Virus record (IMG/VR): IMGVR_UViG_3300037400_002350
Location: 1-64,000 of that record
Length of the DNA: 64,000 bases
Direction: 5' to 3' (one strand)
Source: a virus
Lineage: Duplodnaviria; Caudoviricetes
Positions 16,616 to 24,521 of this stretch are shown here, piece after piece. The notes below the pieces were generated by a model that made no database searches, was not told the DNA's origin, and saw only the letters and a list, made by a program, of their open reading frames with translations. Each line of letters opens with the position of its first letter. Position 1 is the first letter of the stretch. The position numbers were made by a program, and so were the translations under genes.

Positions 16616-17179
16616 ATGATCATTGAAGTAAATACCAAGCTCATGGATTTACCAGAGCAAATAAATTCAAATCAACTGTTATTCTTAAGTATGGTATTGG
16701 ATAAGAATCAAAAATCTAATCAACACGTCCGCAAAATTGTCAGCCTAATAAGCGACGACGAGATATCATACTTAACCGATCAGGGACTTATAACCTCGAT
16801 GGAGAGAGGGAATTCAATTACATATCAACCTACAGAGAAATTGCTCAATTTCATTAAACCTGAGAAAGAGTATTTTGATTTATTTTACGATATGTACCCA
16901 AGCTATGTAATCAGACCTGATGGCACTAAAGCATATTTGCGTACCAACGTAAATAAGTGCCGTCATTTGTTTAACACTTACATTGGTAATAGTGATGCTA
17001 TGGCAGAACACCTCATTAGCTGTCTTGATAAAGAGATACAGCGAAAGATGAACCAAGGTAAGATCGGTTACATGAAGACTATGTGGAGATGGTTAGTAGA
17101 CCATCAATGGGAAGAAACTGAGGCAGAGATGCAAGAATCCACTATAAACGCTAACAACTATGGAACAGAGTTACTATAA
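16616..17179 (+). CDS. Putative replication protein (wHTH, initiator- or helicase-loader-like)
   Basis: Lies between polymerase and helicase; FDLFYDMYP and ...TMWRWL...WE patterns resemble phage replication proteins. Confidence 0.55.
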   Translation: MIIEVNTKLMDLPEQINSNQLLFLSMVLDKNQKSNQHVRKIVSLISDDEISYLTDQGLITSMERGNSITYQPTEKLLNFIKPEKEYFDLFYDMYPSYVIRPDGTKAYLRTNVNKCRHLFNTYIGNSDAMAEHLISCLDKEIQRKMNQGKIGYMKTMWRWLVDHQWEETEAEMQESTINANNYGTELL

Positions 17180-18083
17180 AGTAAGATCGATGCGAGAAGT
17201 CGCAAAAGAGACTGTTTCGTATATTGAAGGCCGAAGAAGTGGTAACATCGTGTCACTAAAGACTCGATGGAAAAAACTTAACAAACAGTGTATGGGAGGT
17301 ATTGAACCAAATACCGTTATGACCATAGCTGGCATCTCTGGAAGTGGAAAGAGTTCAATGGTTAATCTAATTCAATCCGACATTATTGATTTGAATCCCA
17401 ACGAAGATATAATTGTTTTATCGTTCTCACTAGAGATGGTTGGATTTAGGCAGGTTGGAAGGATGTTATCTAATAAACTTAGAAAAACAACTTCTGACCT
17501 GTATAGTTCAGAAACGAACCTCGACGACGATACTTTTAAGAAAGTCGTTCTTGTTTCCAATCAGCTAAAGGAGTATCCCATCTATTTCGTAGATGATCCT
17601 ACAACTCCCATGCAGGTAAAACAAATCATTGATGATTTCTATGACAAGTACGTAAAAAATACCTCTAAGCATTTTGTAATTGTCTACGATCATGCTCTCT
17701 TAACTAAACAGATAGGTAGTACGATCGAGACTATTAGCGAACTTGAACGCGTATTCATACAAGCTAAGAAGAGACCCTTAACATCAGTTATACAGATTGC
17801 TCAGATGAATAGAAACATTGAATCTTCGGAACGTATTAATAATCCGATGTCACACTATCCTATGAGAAGTGACATCTCATCATCTGATGCAATTTTTCAA
17901 GCCAGTGATTACGTCTTTGTAATACACAGGCCTGAGATATTGAACATACAAGAATATGGTCCGGATCATTTACCTACCATAAACAAAATCTATCTACACA
18001 TCTTAAAGAATCGAGATGCTGGAAAACCATGTATTTTAGAATTCGAAAACGACCTAATGTATAACAATATTGTAGAAAGATGA
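17160..18083 (+). CDS. DnaB-like replicative helicase
   Basis: Walker A GISGSGKS, FSLEM, VIVYDH, AQMNR, KNRD motifs. Confidence 0.92.
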   Translation: MEQSYYKVRSMREVAKETVSYIEGRRSGNIVSLKTRWKKLNKQCMGGIEPNTVMTIAGISGSGKSSMVNLIQSDIIDLNPNEDIIVLSFSLEMVGFRQVGRMLSNKLRKTTSDLYSSETNLDDDTFKKVVLVSNQLKEYPIYFVDDPTTPMQVKQIIDDFYDKYVKNTSKHFVIVYDHALLTKQIGSTIETISELERVFIQAKKRPLTSVIQIAQMNRNIESSERINNPMSHYPMRSDISSSDAIFQASDYVFVIHRPEILNIQEYGPDHLPTINKIYLHILKNRDAGKPCILEFENDLMYNNIVER

Positions 18084-18119
18084 TGAATCTTGTATAACAT
18101 TTTAATTAGGCTGAAATTT

Positions 18120-18572
18120 ATGAAACACTTCACTTTTGATATTAACAATAACAACACTAGTAAGAATATTTGTTTTGACGATTGTACCTTTTGCAATAAG
18201 CCAAACTATTCTAAGATTCTCGATAGTATTATTGCTACTAATATAATAAAGAGCAACAAGTATCTCGGTGATTATTTCACTACTAGTAAGTCAGAAACTA
18301 AGTGTGACTTCTGTCCATTGTTCAATTGTCCTCTGAAGAAGAAGGCTAAGAGCTATCTTTTCGATCTCCATAACGGAAAGAAAATTATTCTGGGCAAGAA
18401 GTATTTGTATGGAGATACCATTATCATCTTCTACGACGATGAGATTCAGATCGGTACGAAGACCTATTCGTATAATGATTTCGATGACATCGCATTCCTT
18501 AACGCTATTGAGGAGCCTAAGAAGAAGATTATTATTGATATCTACATCAACAAGACAACATCGTTGTTTTAA
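18120..18572 (+). CDS. Hypothetical Cys-containing protein
   Basis: ATG 18120 inside the track ORF; CxxC pairs. Confidence 0.7.
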   Translation: MKHFTFDINNNNTSKNICFDDCTFCNKPNYSKILDSIIATNIIKSNKYLGDYFTTSKSETKCDFCPLFNCPLKKKAKSYLFDLHNGKKIILGKKYLYGDTIIIFYDDEIQIGTKTYSYNDFDDIAFLNAIEEPKKKIIIDIYINKTTSLF

Positions 18573-18584
18573 TTAACATTTAAA

Positions 18585-18597
18585 GAGTCATAGAACC
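18585..18597 (+). promoter_or_regulatory. GAGTC-ATA-GAACC motif abutting the AAA ATPase ATG
   Basis: Tandem motif with the same spacing as the polymerase site. Confidence 0.55.
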
Positions 18598-19341
18598 ATG
18601 TTAGTATTACCTACTGAAAAAGTTCCCGCAACTTCTACAAATCCACAATATCTTGTTCTCTACGGACTGCCAAAAGCAGGAAAGACTAGTGCTGTCGCAC
18701 AGTTAGAGAGCAATCTTATTATAGACCTCGAAGGCGGATCTAAGTTCATTGATGCACTTGCTGTACAAGCTCGTACAATCAACGATCTAGGAGAAATTGC
18801 GCAAGCCATTAGAGCTAAGAACGCAGAAGTGGGACATAATTTTTATAAACACATAACTATCGATAATGCGACTCGATTGGAAGATATATGTATGAGTTAT
18901 GCTTGTACATTGTATCGTCAAACCGAACTAGGTAAAAACTGGAAAGGTACAGACGTTACTACACTTGCTCGTGGAGCAGGTTATAAGTATCTTCGAGACG
19001 CTGTCAAGAAAGTCATCGACATGTTTAAAGACTTGTGTGATGAATTTATCCTAATAGGCCATGTCAAAGATAGCATCACAGACAAAGATGGAGAAGAAGT
19101 TAATGCCAAAGAAATCGACCTCGTTGGAAAACTGGGAAAGATTGTATGCGGGATGGCAGATGCCGTCGGATATGTATATCGAAAAGATAATGAAACCCAT
19201 ATTAGCTTTAAGTCTGGAGGAGATGGGACAATTATGGAAGCTCGTGCACGGCATATCGCTGGGCAAGACATCATCATTGCTACCGGAAATCCAGACGGCT
19301 CCATAACAACCTATTGGGATCGTGTTTATAAACCTGAATAA
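18598..19341 (+). CDS. AAA_24/Sak4-like ATPase (putative recombinase)
   Basis: YGLPKAGKT, IDLEGG, ITID and LIGH motifs; adjacent to SSB. Confidence 0.85.
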   Translation: MLVLPTEKVPATSTNPQYLVLYGLPKAGKTSAVAQLESNLIIDLEGGSKFIDALAVQARTINDLGEIAQAIRAKNAEVGHNFYKHITIDNATRLEDICMSYACTLYRQTELGKNWKGTDVTTLARGAGYKYLRDAVKKVIDMFKDLCDEFILIGHVKDSITDKDGEEVNAKEIDLVGKLGKIVCGMADAVGYVYRKDNETHISFKSGGDGTIMEARARHIAGQDIIIATGNPDGSITTYWDRVYKPE

Positions 19342-19367
19342 GAACTATAAGTCAGAAAGGAAAAATT

Positions 19368-19973
19368 ATGTATAGTACAAAAACAGCAACAGTAAACGAT
19401 CAGGAGTTTGTAAGCTCCTATATGCCAGTTGGTATCAACGAAAACGTAACACTGAAAGAAGTAAACGTTAACAAGTCACCTCAAGGACGTGATTTCCTTG
19501 AGATAGTGTTTGAAAACGACAAAGGACAAACCGCAACGGTAACAGAGTGGAAGAATGAGAAGAACATGTGGATTAAAACTGATGAAGATTTGCAACATCG
19601 CGATGATCAACAGTTTGGTCGCATACTTCAAATTATCGATGCTGTAAATGGCAGTCACCCTGATTTCGAAGGTACATCTTTTGCAGAGATGATAAACTGG
19701 GTAAAATCAGTTTTGATTCCAAACAAAGTAGCGTTGCGTCTTAAAGTTGTTTATGACAAGCGTGGTTATACAAAAGTAAGTACGCTTGGTATTTTCATTG
19801 AACCAATGGGTGTCACTGAATCTAAAGTTAAGCTTTGGAAGAACGATCTTCTTGAGCGACCAGTTGTAGCTGATAACGAAGCTGCAGATCCGCTTACTTC
19901 TACACCAGTAGAAAGTACTCCGGTAACAGATTTTAGTGACGTAAATCCAGGTGCTGACGACCTACCATTTTGA
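19368..19973 (+). CDS. Putative single-stranded DNA-binding protein
   Basis: Beta-rich N-terminus; acidic tail ending DDLPF. Confidence 0.7.
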   Translation: MYSTKTATVNDQEFVSSYMPVGINENVTLKEVNVNKSPQGRDFLEIVFENDKGQTATVTEWKNEKNMWIKTDEDLQHRDDQQFGRILQIIDAVNGSHPDFEGTSFAEMINWVKSVLIPNKVALRLKVVYDKRGYTKVSTLGIFIEPMGVTESKVKLWKNDLLERPVVADNEAADPLTSTPVESTPVTDFSDVNPGADDLPF

Positions 19974-20065
19974 AAGAAAAATTTGCGTGCAAATTTGCAA
20001 GCAAGTTGGAATTTCGAACAATAAACGGTCAGTGGTGGAGGCTAACGTCCTGTTAGCCCCAAACC

Positions 20066-20153
20066 GGTGTGTACGGTATAGACATAAAATTAATGCTTTC
20101 TATTTGCCATAACAATATAGTCTATAGGGGGTTCGACTCCCTCACACACCACA
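20066..20153 (+). ncRNA. tRNA-like element (acceptor + T-arm + one long arm)
   Basis: GGTGTGT/ACACACC + ACA; T-arm GGGGG-TTCGACT-CCCTC; TATAGAC/GTCTATA helix replaces the D and anticodon arms. Confidence 0.7.
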
Positions 20154-20240
20154 ATCGTCGTGAGACGATGCTCTGATTAATTCAGGCATATTTCTTTGTT
20201 TTTGTTTTAAACAGTGTGGGGAAAGCGTTCCCCACTTTAT

Positions 20241-20332
20241 GGGCATGTAAGACCGGCCGAGTACCCTAGAGGGAAAGCATTTGACGTCTGAGGCGGTGGC
20301 TTACAGTGAGTTCGAGTCTCATCATGTCCACA
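20241..20332 (+). ncRNA. tRNA-like element with alanine identity (G3-U70)
   Basis: GGGCATG/CATGTCC + ACA; T-arm GTGAG-TTCGAGT-CTCAT; interior TAAG..ACCG/CGGT..CTTA helix. Confidence 0.7.
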
Positions 20333-20340
20333 ATACAAAA

Positions 20341-20352
20341 GAGCTTAGAGCC
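20341..20352 (+). promoter_or_regulatory. GAGCT-TA-GAGCC motif abutting the primase ATG
   Basis: Variant of the tandem motif. Confidence 0.5.
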
Positions 20353-21321
20353 ATGTATAGTACGAAAACTGCAATCACAATGAGTCTTAGAGACTTGTTG
20401 GAAAAAGTTAGTGACTATGACATTTATTCTTATTGTTTGGGAAATTTCAAAGTTGGCAAATTGATGAATAGTCCATTAAGGACTACTGACCAAATTCCAT
20501 CATTCGCTATTTTCAAAGGTTCCAATGGTGGTCTTTTCTTTAAAGACCACGGAACCGGAGAAGGCGGAAATGCTATAAAGTTCCTAAAATTGTATAAGAA
20601 CATACAAACCAAAGATGCATTAGAACAAGAGCTGTTACGCATCGTCCGAAAAATGGGTCCGATGGGCGGTAAGGCAATAGCTACAGCCGTAAAAACGGTG
20701 GATTCAGGGCTAACAGATATTGGTATAGTGCGTCAACCATTTACAGAAGTAGACAAGAAATATTGGAAACAATTCCACATATCAATCGAAACGTTGAAGA
20801 AATTCAATGTGTTTAGCATTAAATACTTTCTTTGTAATAGAGTCGTCAGAGGAACCTACAAGGAAGATAGTCCTATGTATGCATATAAGGTGTATGAGAA
20901 ATTTAAGATTTATCGTCCACTCGCTTCCAAGTATACTAAATGGCGTACCAATCTGACAAATCGGGACGTACAGGGGCTAGCCGAACTCCCACAGGAAGGT
21001 GGAAATCTCTTAATCATAACAAAATCTTTGAAAGACGTTATGTGTCTTTATGAGATGGGGTTTAGTGCTATAGCTGCTTCAAGTGAAACTACATTTATCC
21101 CTGAGGATATTATAGAAGACCTAAAAAGTAGATGGAAAAAGATTGTTATAATATACGATCGAGATAAAACTGGTGTAAAAACCGCTCGTGAATATAGTAA
21201 ACAATTTGGGTTTGATGCCGTATTCGTTAACAAGCGTTACCACGCAAAAGACATATCCGATGCTGTTAAAGCAAACGGGTTTACAGAAATAAAAAATTGG
21301 TTAATAACAGAACTAAAATAA
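20353..21321 (+). CDS. DNA primase (DnaG/TOPRIM type); true start ATG 20353
   Basis: SPLR...PSF, FKDHG.G..GN, IITKSLKDVM, YDRDKTG and KDISD motifs; the track's 5' extension runs through the tRNA-like element. Confidence 0.9.
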   Translation: MYSTKTAITMSLRDLLEKVSDYDIYSYCLGNFKVGKLMNSPLRTTDQIPSFAIFKGSNGGLFFKDHGTGEGGNAIKFLKLYKNIQTKDALEQELLRIVRKMGPMGGKAIATAVKTVDSGLTDIGIVRQPFTEVDKKYWKQFHISIETLKKFNVFSIKYFLCNRVVRGTYKEDSPMYAYKVYEKFKIYRPLASKYTKWRTNLTNRDVQGLAELPQEGGNLLIITKSLKDVMCLYEMGFSAIAASSETTFIPEDIIEDLKSRWKKIVIIYDRDKTGVKTAREYSKQFGFDAVFVNKRYHAKDISDAVKANGFTEIKNWLITELK

Positions 21322-21327
21322 GAGACT

Positions 21328-21621
21328 ATGATCCTAACAATTGTTATTACGACGTTGCTTGGACTCTTGGTTGGAGCAGCAGCTTTTGTGGCGGGTTGTG
21401 TCTATTGGGACATTAATTACGCCGGAGATTACGAAAACGTTTGCGTCACAGACAGTGCAAAGAAGTTATTACAACGTAAAAACTCTAATTTAACTGTCGG
21501 TACGAGTACTAGAAATCACAACAATTTAATATTTTGGGTGCACAATCACGGTAAGTCTGCAAAAGATGAACCATTAATTATTTACAACCCAGATGAACCG
21601 ACGATAGAAATACTCGGATGA
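21328..21621 (+). CDS. Small membrane-anchored protein
   Basis: N-terminal TM helix. Confidence 0.65.
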   Translation: MILTIVITTLLGLLVGAAAFVAGCVYWDINYAGDYENVCVTDSAKKLLQRKNSNLTVGTSTRNHNNLIFWVHNHGKSAKDEPLIIYNPDEPTIEILG

Positions 21622-21622
21622 T

Positions 21623-22009
21623 GTGAACAGAACCAACAAACAAAGAGTAAAAAATGCGACAAGTGTCGATAAGTATGGAATCCATTTTAGGAGTAAACTC
21701 GAACTCTATACTTATGAAGCTTTTAAAGAAGCAGGGATACCTGTGAAATATGAGCCAAAGCATTACACTCTTTTGCCGAAGTTCGAGTATTTAGGCGAAA
21801 AAATAAGACCTATCACATATCTGCCAGATTTCATAGGTAATGGATTCATGGTAGAATGTAAAGGTCTTATAGGGGACTCGTTTCCCCTACGCTTTAAACT
21901 GTTTAAGTATTACTTACATAAACATAGAAGTAAAATGAAGTGTTATATTGTAAGGAATCACAAACAGGTTGACGAAATGATTGAAGAACTTAAAAGCCAA
22001 AAATCATGA
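21623..22009 (+). CDS. T7 endonuclease I / DUF1064-like PD-(D/E)xK nuclease (putative resolvase)
   Basis: FRSKLE, YEP, TYLPDF and VECKG motifs. Confidence 0.8.
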   Translation: MNRTNKQRVKNATSVDKYGIHFRSKLELYTYEAFKEAGIPVKYEPKHYTLLPKFEYLGEKIRPITYLPDFIGNGFMVECKGLIGDSFPLRFKLFKYYLHKHRSKMKCYIVRNHKQVDEMIEELKSQKS

Positions 22010-22779
22010 GTGAATTTGTAAAAGCGGGTAGTAGGATATTAACTAGACCAACCGGTATCGAATATACACTATCAGCAGGAACAACATACCAACTAAAATG
22101 GGATGATTGGAATGCTGTGGCGTATTTGGAACTAGGAAATAATCTAACACTGCCAGAAAATTATTACAGTAGTAAAGCTGATAATGCGTTTGTAGATCGA
22201 GTATTGAATTATTTTAATACTACAGAAAAACATACTACAGGCGTAATGTTAAAAGGATTGAAAGGTGCAGGAAAGAGTGTATGTGCTAAGAAAATAGCAC
22301 TAGATTCTAATCTACCTATCATAGTAGTAGATCCAATGTTTCCAGCACGTCGTTTAAACGAATTCTTTAGTAAATTTGAGCAACCAGTATGTGTGTTGTT
22401 TGATGAATTAGAGAAGAATGAGCGATGTTGGAAAACAGATGATTTGCTTACATTCCTTGATGGTATATCTGCTACTTGTAAAAAACTAGTAGTCTTCACA
22501 TGTAACAGTGATGAAGAGTGCTGTGACTTCATAAAAGACCGTTGTTCACGTGTACGTTATAGTCGTACTTTCAATGCAATGAGTGAAGACGCAGTATTTG
22601 GTCTTTGTAATAGAGAATTAGACGATGAAGGCGAAGCTCGTGCAGCTTGTGCGTTCATACTGAATACATTTAAAACGATATCGTTTGATAATGTGTTATC
22701 GTTCCTTGAAGAAGTAAAACTCGATGAAGGTTCTACATATGAAGAGTTGATTGAGGATTTAAACATCTACAAGAAATGA
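22006..22779 (+). CDS. AAA+ ATPase
   Basis: GLKGAGKS, VLFDELEK, FLDG, FTCN, DRCSR. Confidence 0.88.
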   Translation: MSEFVKAGSRILTRPTGIEYTLSAGTTYQLKWDDWNAVAYLELGNNLTLPENYYSSKADNAFVDRVLNYFNTTEKHTTGVMLKGLKGAGKSVCAKKIALDSNLPIIVVDPMFPARRLNEFFSKFEQPVCVLFDELEKNERCWKTDDLLTFLDGISATCKKLVVFTCNSDEECCDFIKDRCSRVRYSRTFNAMSEDAVFGLCNRELDDEGEARAACAFILNTFKTISFDNVLSFLEEVKLDEGSTYEELIEDLNIYKK

Positions 22780-22949
22780 AAATAAGCGAACTAATTGAAC
22801 GTTTAGAACACATTCGAGATTATGAAGGTAACTTGGATGTTTATATGTGGGACGATGGAATAGCTAAGATGCCAAATCAAGTTGTAAAACGAGAAACGGT
22901 AAATAGCAATAAAAAAGGTTGTTTTATTGAACGTTTTATTGATCTATGA
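22776..22949 (+). CDS. Small hypothetical protein (57 aa, MKISELIERLE...)
   Basis: ATGA-coupled on both sides. Confidence 0.6.
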   Translation: MKISELIERLEHIRDYEGNLDVYMWDDGIAKMPNQVVKRETVNSNKKGCFIERFIDL

Positions 22950-23977
22950 TGGACTTATCTATACCCTATTACGAAGACAAAACAAGAATCTCGAATTCTA
23001 ACATAGGTTGGTTCCTGAATAAGGGGCCAGCCTATTTGCATAAGATGCTAACAGAAGATGTTCCTGAAGAAAAATCGCAAGCGTTAGAGCGTGGAACGAT
23101 GATTCATGAATATATTCTGCAGCCAGAAGAGTTCCAAAAAGACTATGTAGTCTGGGACAAAGGTAGACCTACTTCTGCACAGCAGGAGAAGTTCTGTCAG
23201 GCATTAGCATCAAGTATTGAAATTGAGCCAAATAGAGCCATTCTGAGCGCATATAAAGAAGCGTATAGTACGAAGGGAAAGACAGAAGAAAATATGCTCT
23301 CAGAGGGGCTAAAAATAGCCTCTACGCTAAAGGATTACATAGACTTCCTGAAAGAAAATGACGAAAGGATTATGATTAGTCCTTGGGATTACCAAATGTT
23401 GAAAAAAATTAGGAATAATATCGAAGCACATAAATTAGGACCAAAAATAGTATGGCCTGACGGATGGCATTCCCCATATTCCTATGATCCTACTGCCGAA
23501 AAAGAATTCGGTAGCCTTCCTATTGAACATTATCACGAATTCCATATAAATTGGGAATCGTTTAATGGTGTAAAATGTAAGTCATTATTAGATGGTTTGA
23601 CCATAGACTTTAAAAACAAAACTGCCATTATATATGATTTGAAAACTACAGCCAAGCTGTGGCATTTCGAAGATAGTATGGAAACCTTTGACTATTGCAG
23701 ACAATTGGCATACTATACAATGGCAGTAAAATGGTATTTAAAGTTTGAATTAGGTCAAGATTACAACGAATGGTCTTTTGAATACTATATCATTGGAATC
23801 GACACAACAGGTTCTAATGAAATAAGAGTATTTGGAATAAAATCGGAAGATGTAAAATCTCGTAATGATACAATAGATGCAGCATTAGATGCTATAAAAT
23901 GGCATCAAATAAACAACAAATGGGATCACAGTAGAGCCTATTATGAAGGTGATGGCTCAGAAACGCTTAACCTATGA
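22946..23977 (+). CDS. PD-(D/E)xK exonuclease (RecE/ExoVIII-like)
   Basis: ISNS, GTMIH, KSLLD, YDLKTT, YCRQLAYY. Confidence 0.85.
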   Translation: MMDLSIPYYEDKTRISNSNIGWFLNKGPAYLHKMLTEDVPEEKSQALERGTMIHEYILQPEEFQKDYVVWDKGRPTSAQQEKFCQALASSIEIEPNRAILSAYKEAYSTKGKTEENMLSEGLKIASTLKDYIDFLKENDERIMISPWDYQMLKKIRNNIEAHKLGPKIVWPDGWHSPYSYDPTAEKEFGSLPIEHYHEFHINWESFNGVKCKSLLDGLTIDFKNKTAIIYDLKTTAKLWHFEDSMETFDYCRQLAYYTMAVKWYLKFELGQDYNEWSFEYYIIGIDTTGSNEIRVFGIKSEDVKSRNDTIDAALDAIKWHQINNKWDHSRAYYEGDGSETLNL

Positions 23978-24468
23978 GTACGTCGTTAAAATTATTAATA
24001 CCTTTAGCAATAGATCCAACCCCATTGCAATTGTTGTCAAAAGAAGCCGGCTTCATAGATGCATACACGCACGACTTAAATAAGCCGTTCCTAGAAAACA
24101 AAATCTTCCTAATGTACGAAGCGGATTTCAACACAACAGAAAAAGCAGAAAGATTTGAATTCTTTTGCAGATTGAACATCCCATTCTACACATACAAAAT
24201 AGGAGGTAAAAAAAGACTAGTTTACTATTTTGACATAAAAACAAAAAGTATAATGAACCCAAAGGCATCATCTGTTTGTACAATATATCATGATGACGAA
24301 CGACATAAAATAATATCGTTTTGGGAGAACAAAGATAAAGACGTAAACGAATATATGTACGAACAGAAAAAACCAGTATTCTATGAAGAAAACATAATAC
24401 CAATAGAGGATTATGACGAAAATCAACATTACAAAGGGTTGACAATAAAAAAAGCGGCCACTCTCTAA
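23974..24468 (+). CDS. Hypothetical protein
   Basis: 164-aa ORF, last gene of the + block. Confidence 0.7.
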   Translation: MSTSLKLLIPLAIDPTPLQLLSKEAGFIDAYTHDLNKPFLENKIFLMYEADFNTTEKAERFEFFCRLNIPFYTYKIGGKKRLVYYFDIKTKSIMNPKASSVCTIYHDDERHKIISFWENKDKDVNEYMYEQKKPVFYEENIIPIEDYDENQHYKGLTIKKAATL

Positions 24469-24494
24469 TGAGAGTGACTGCTTTTCTTTTTTTT
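24449..24494. terminator. Bidirectional terminator between the convergent blocks
   Basis: A-tract, GCGGCCACTCTC-taat-GAGAGTGACTGC hairpin, T-tract. Confidence 0.8.
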
Positions 24495-24521
24495 GACCTA
24501 AACCCACAAATACGCACTTTA

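Noticed and set aside
20281-20352. N-terminal extension of the primase in the ORF track
   Set aside because: It runs through the tRNA-like element; ATG 20353 has the shared upstream motif and the MYSTKTA start.
23225-23239. GAGCC-AAATA-GAGCC inside the exonuclease gene
   Set aside because: The spacer is longer than in the other copies and the site is inside coding sequence, so it may be chance.
1640-24517. Minus-strand ORFs in the early/replication block, including those within 9175-10758 and 4601..4804
   Set aside because: They are antisense to real genes or to structured RNA; 4601..4804 is the reverse complement of the tmRNA.
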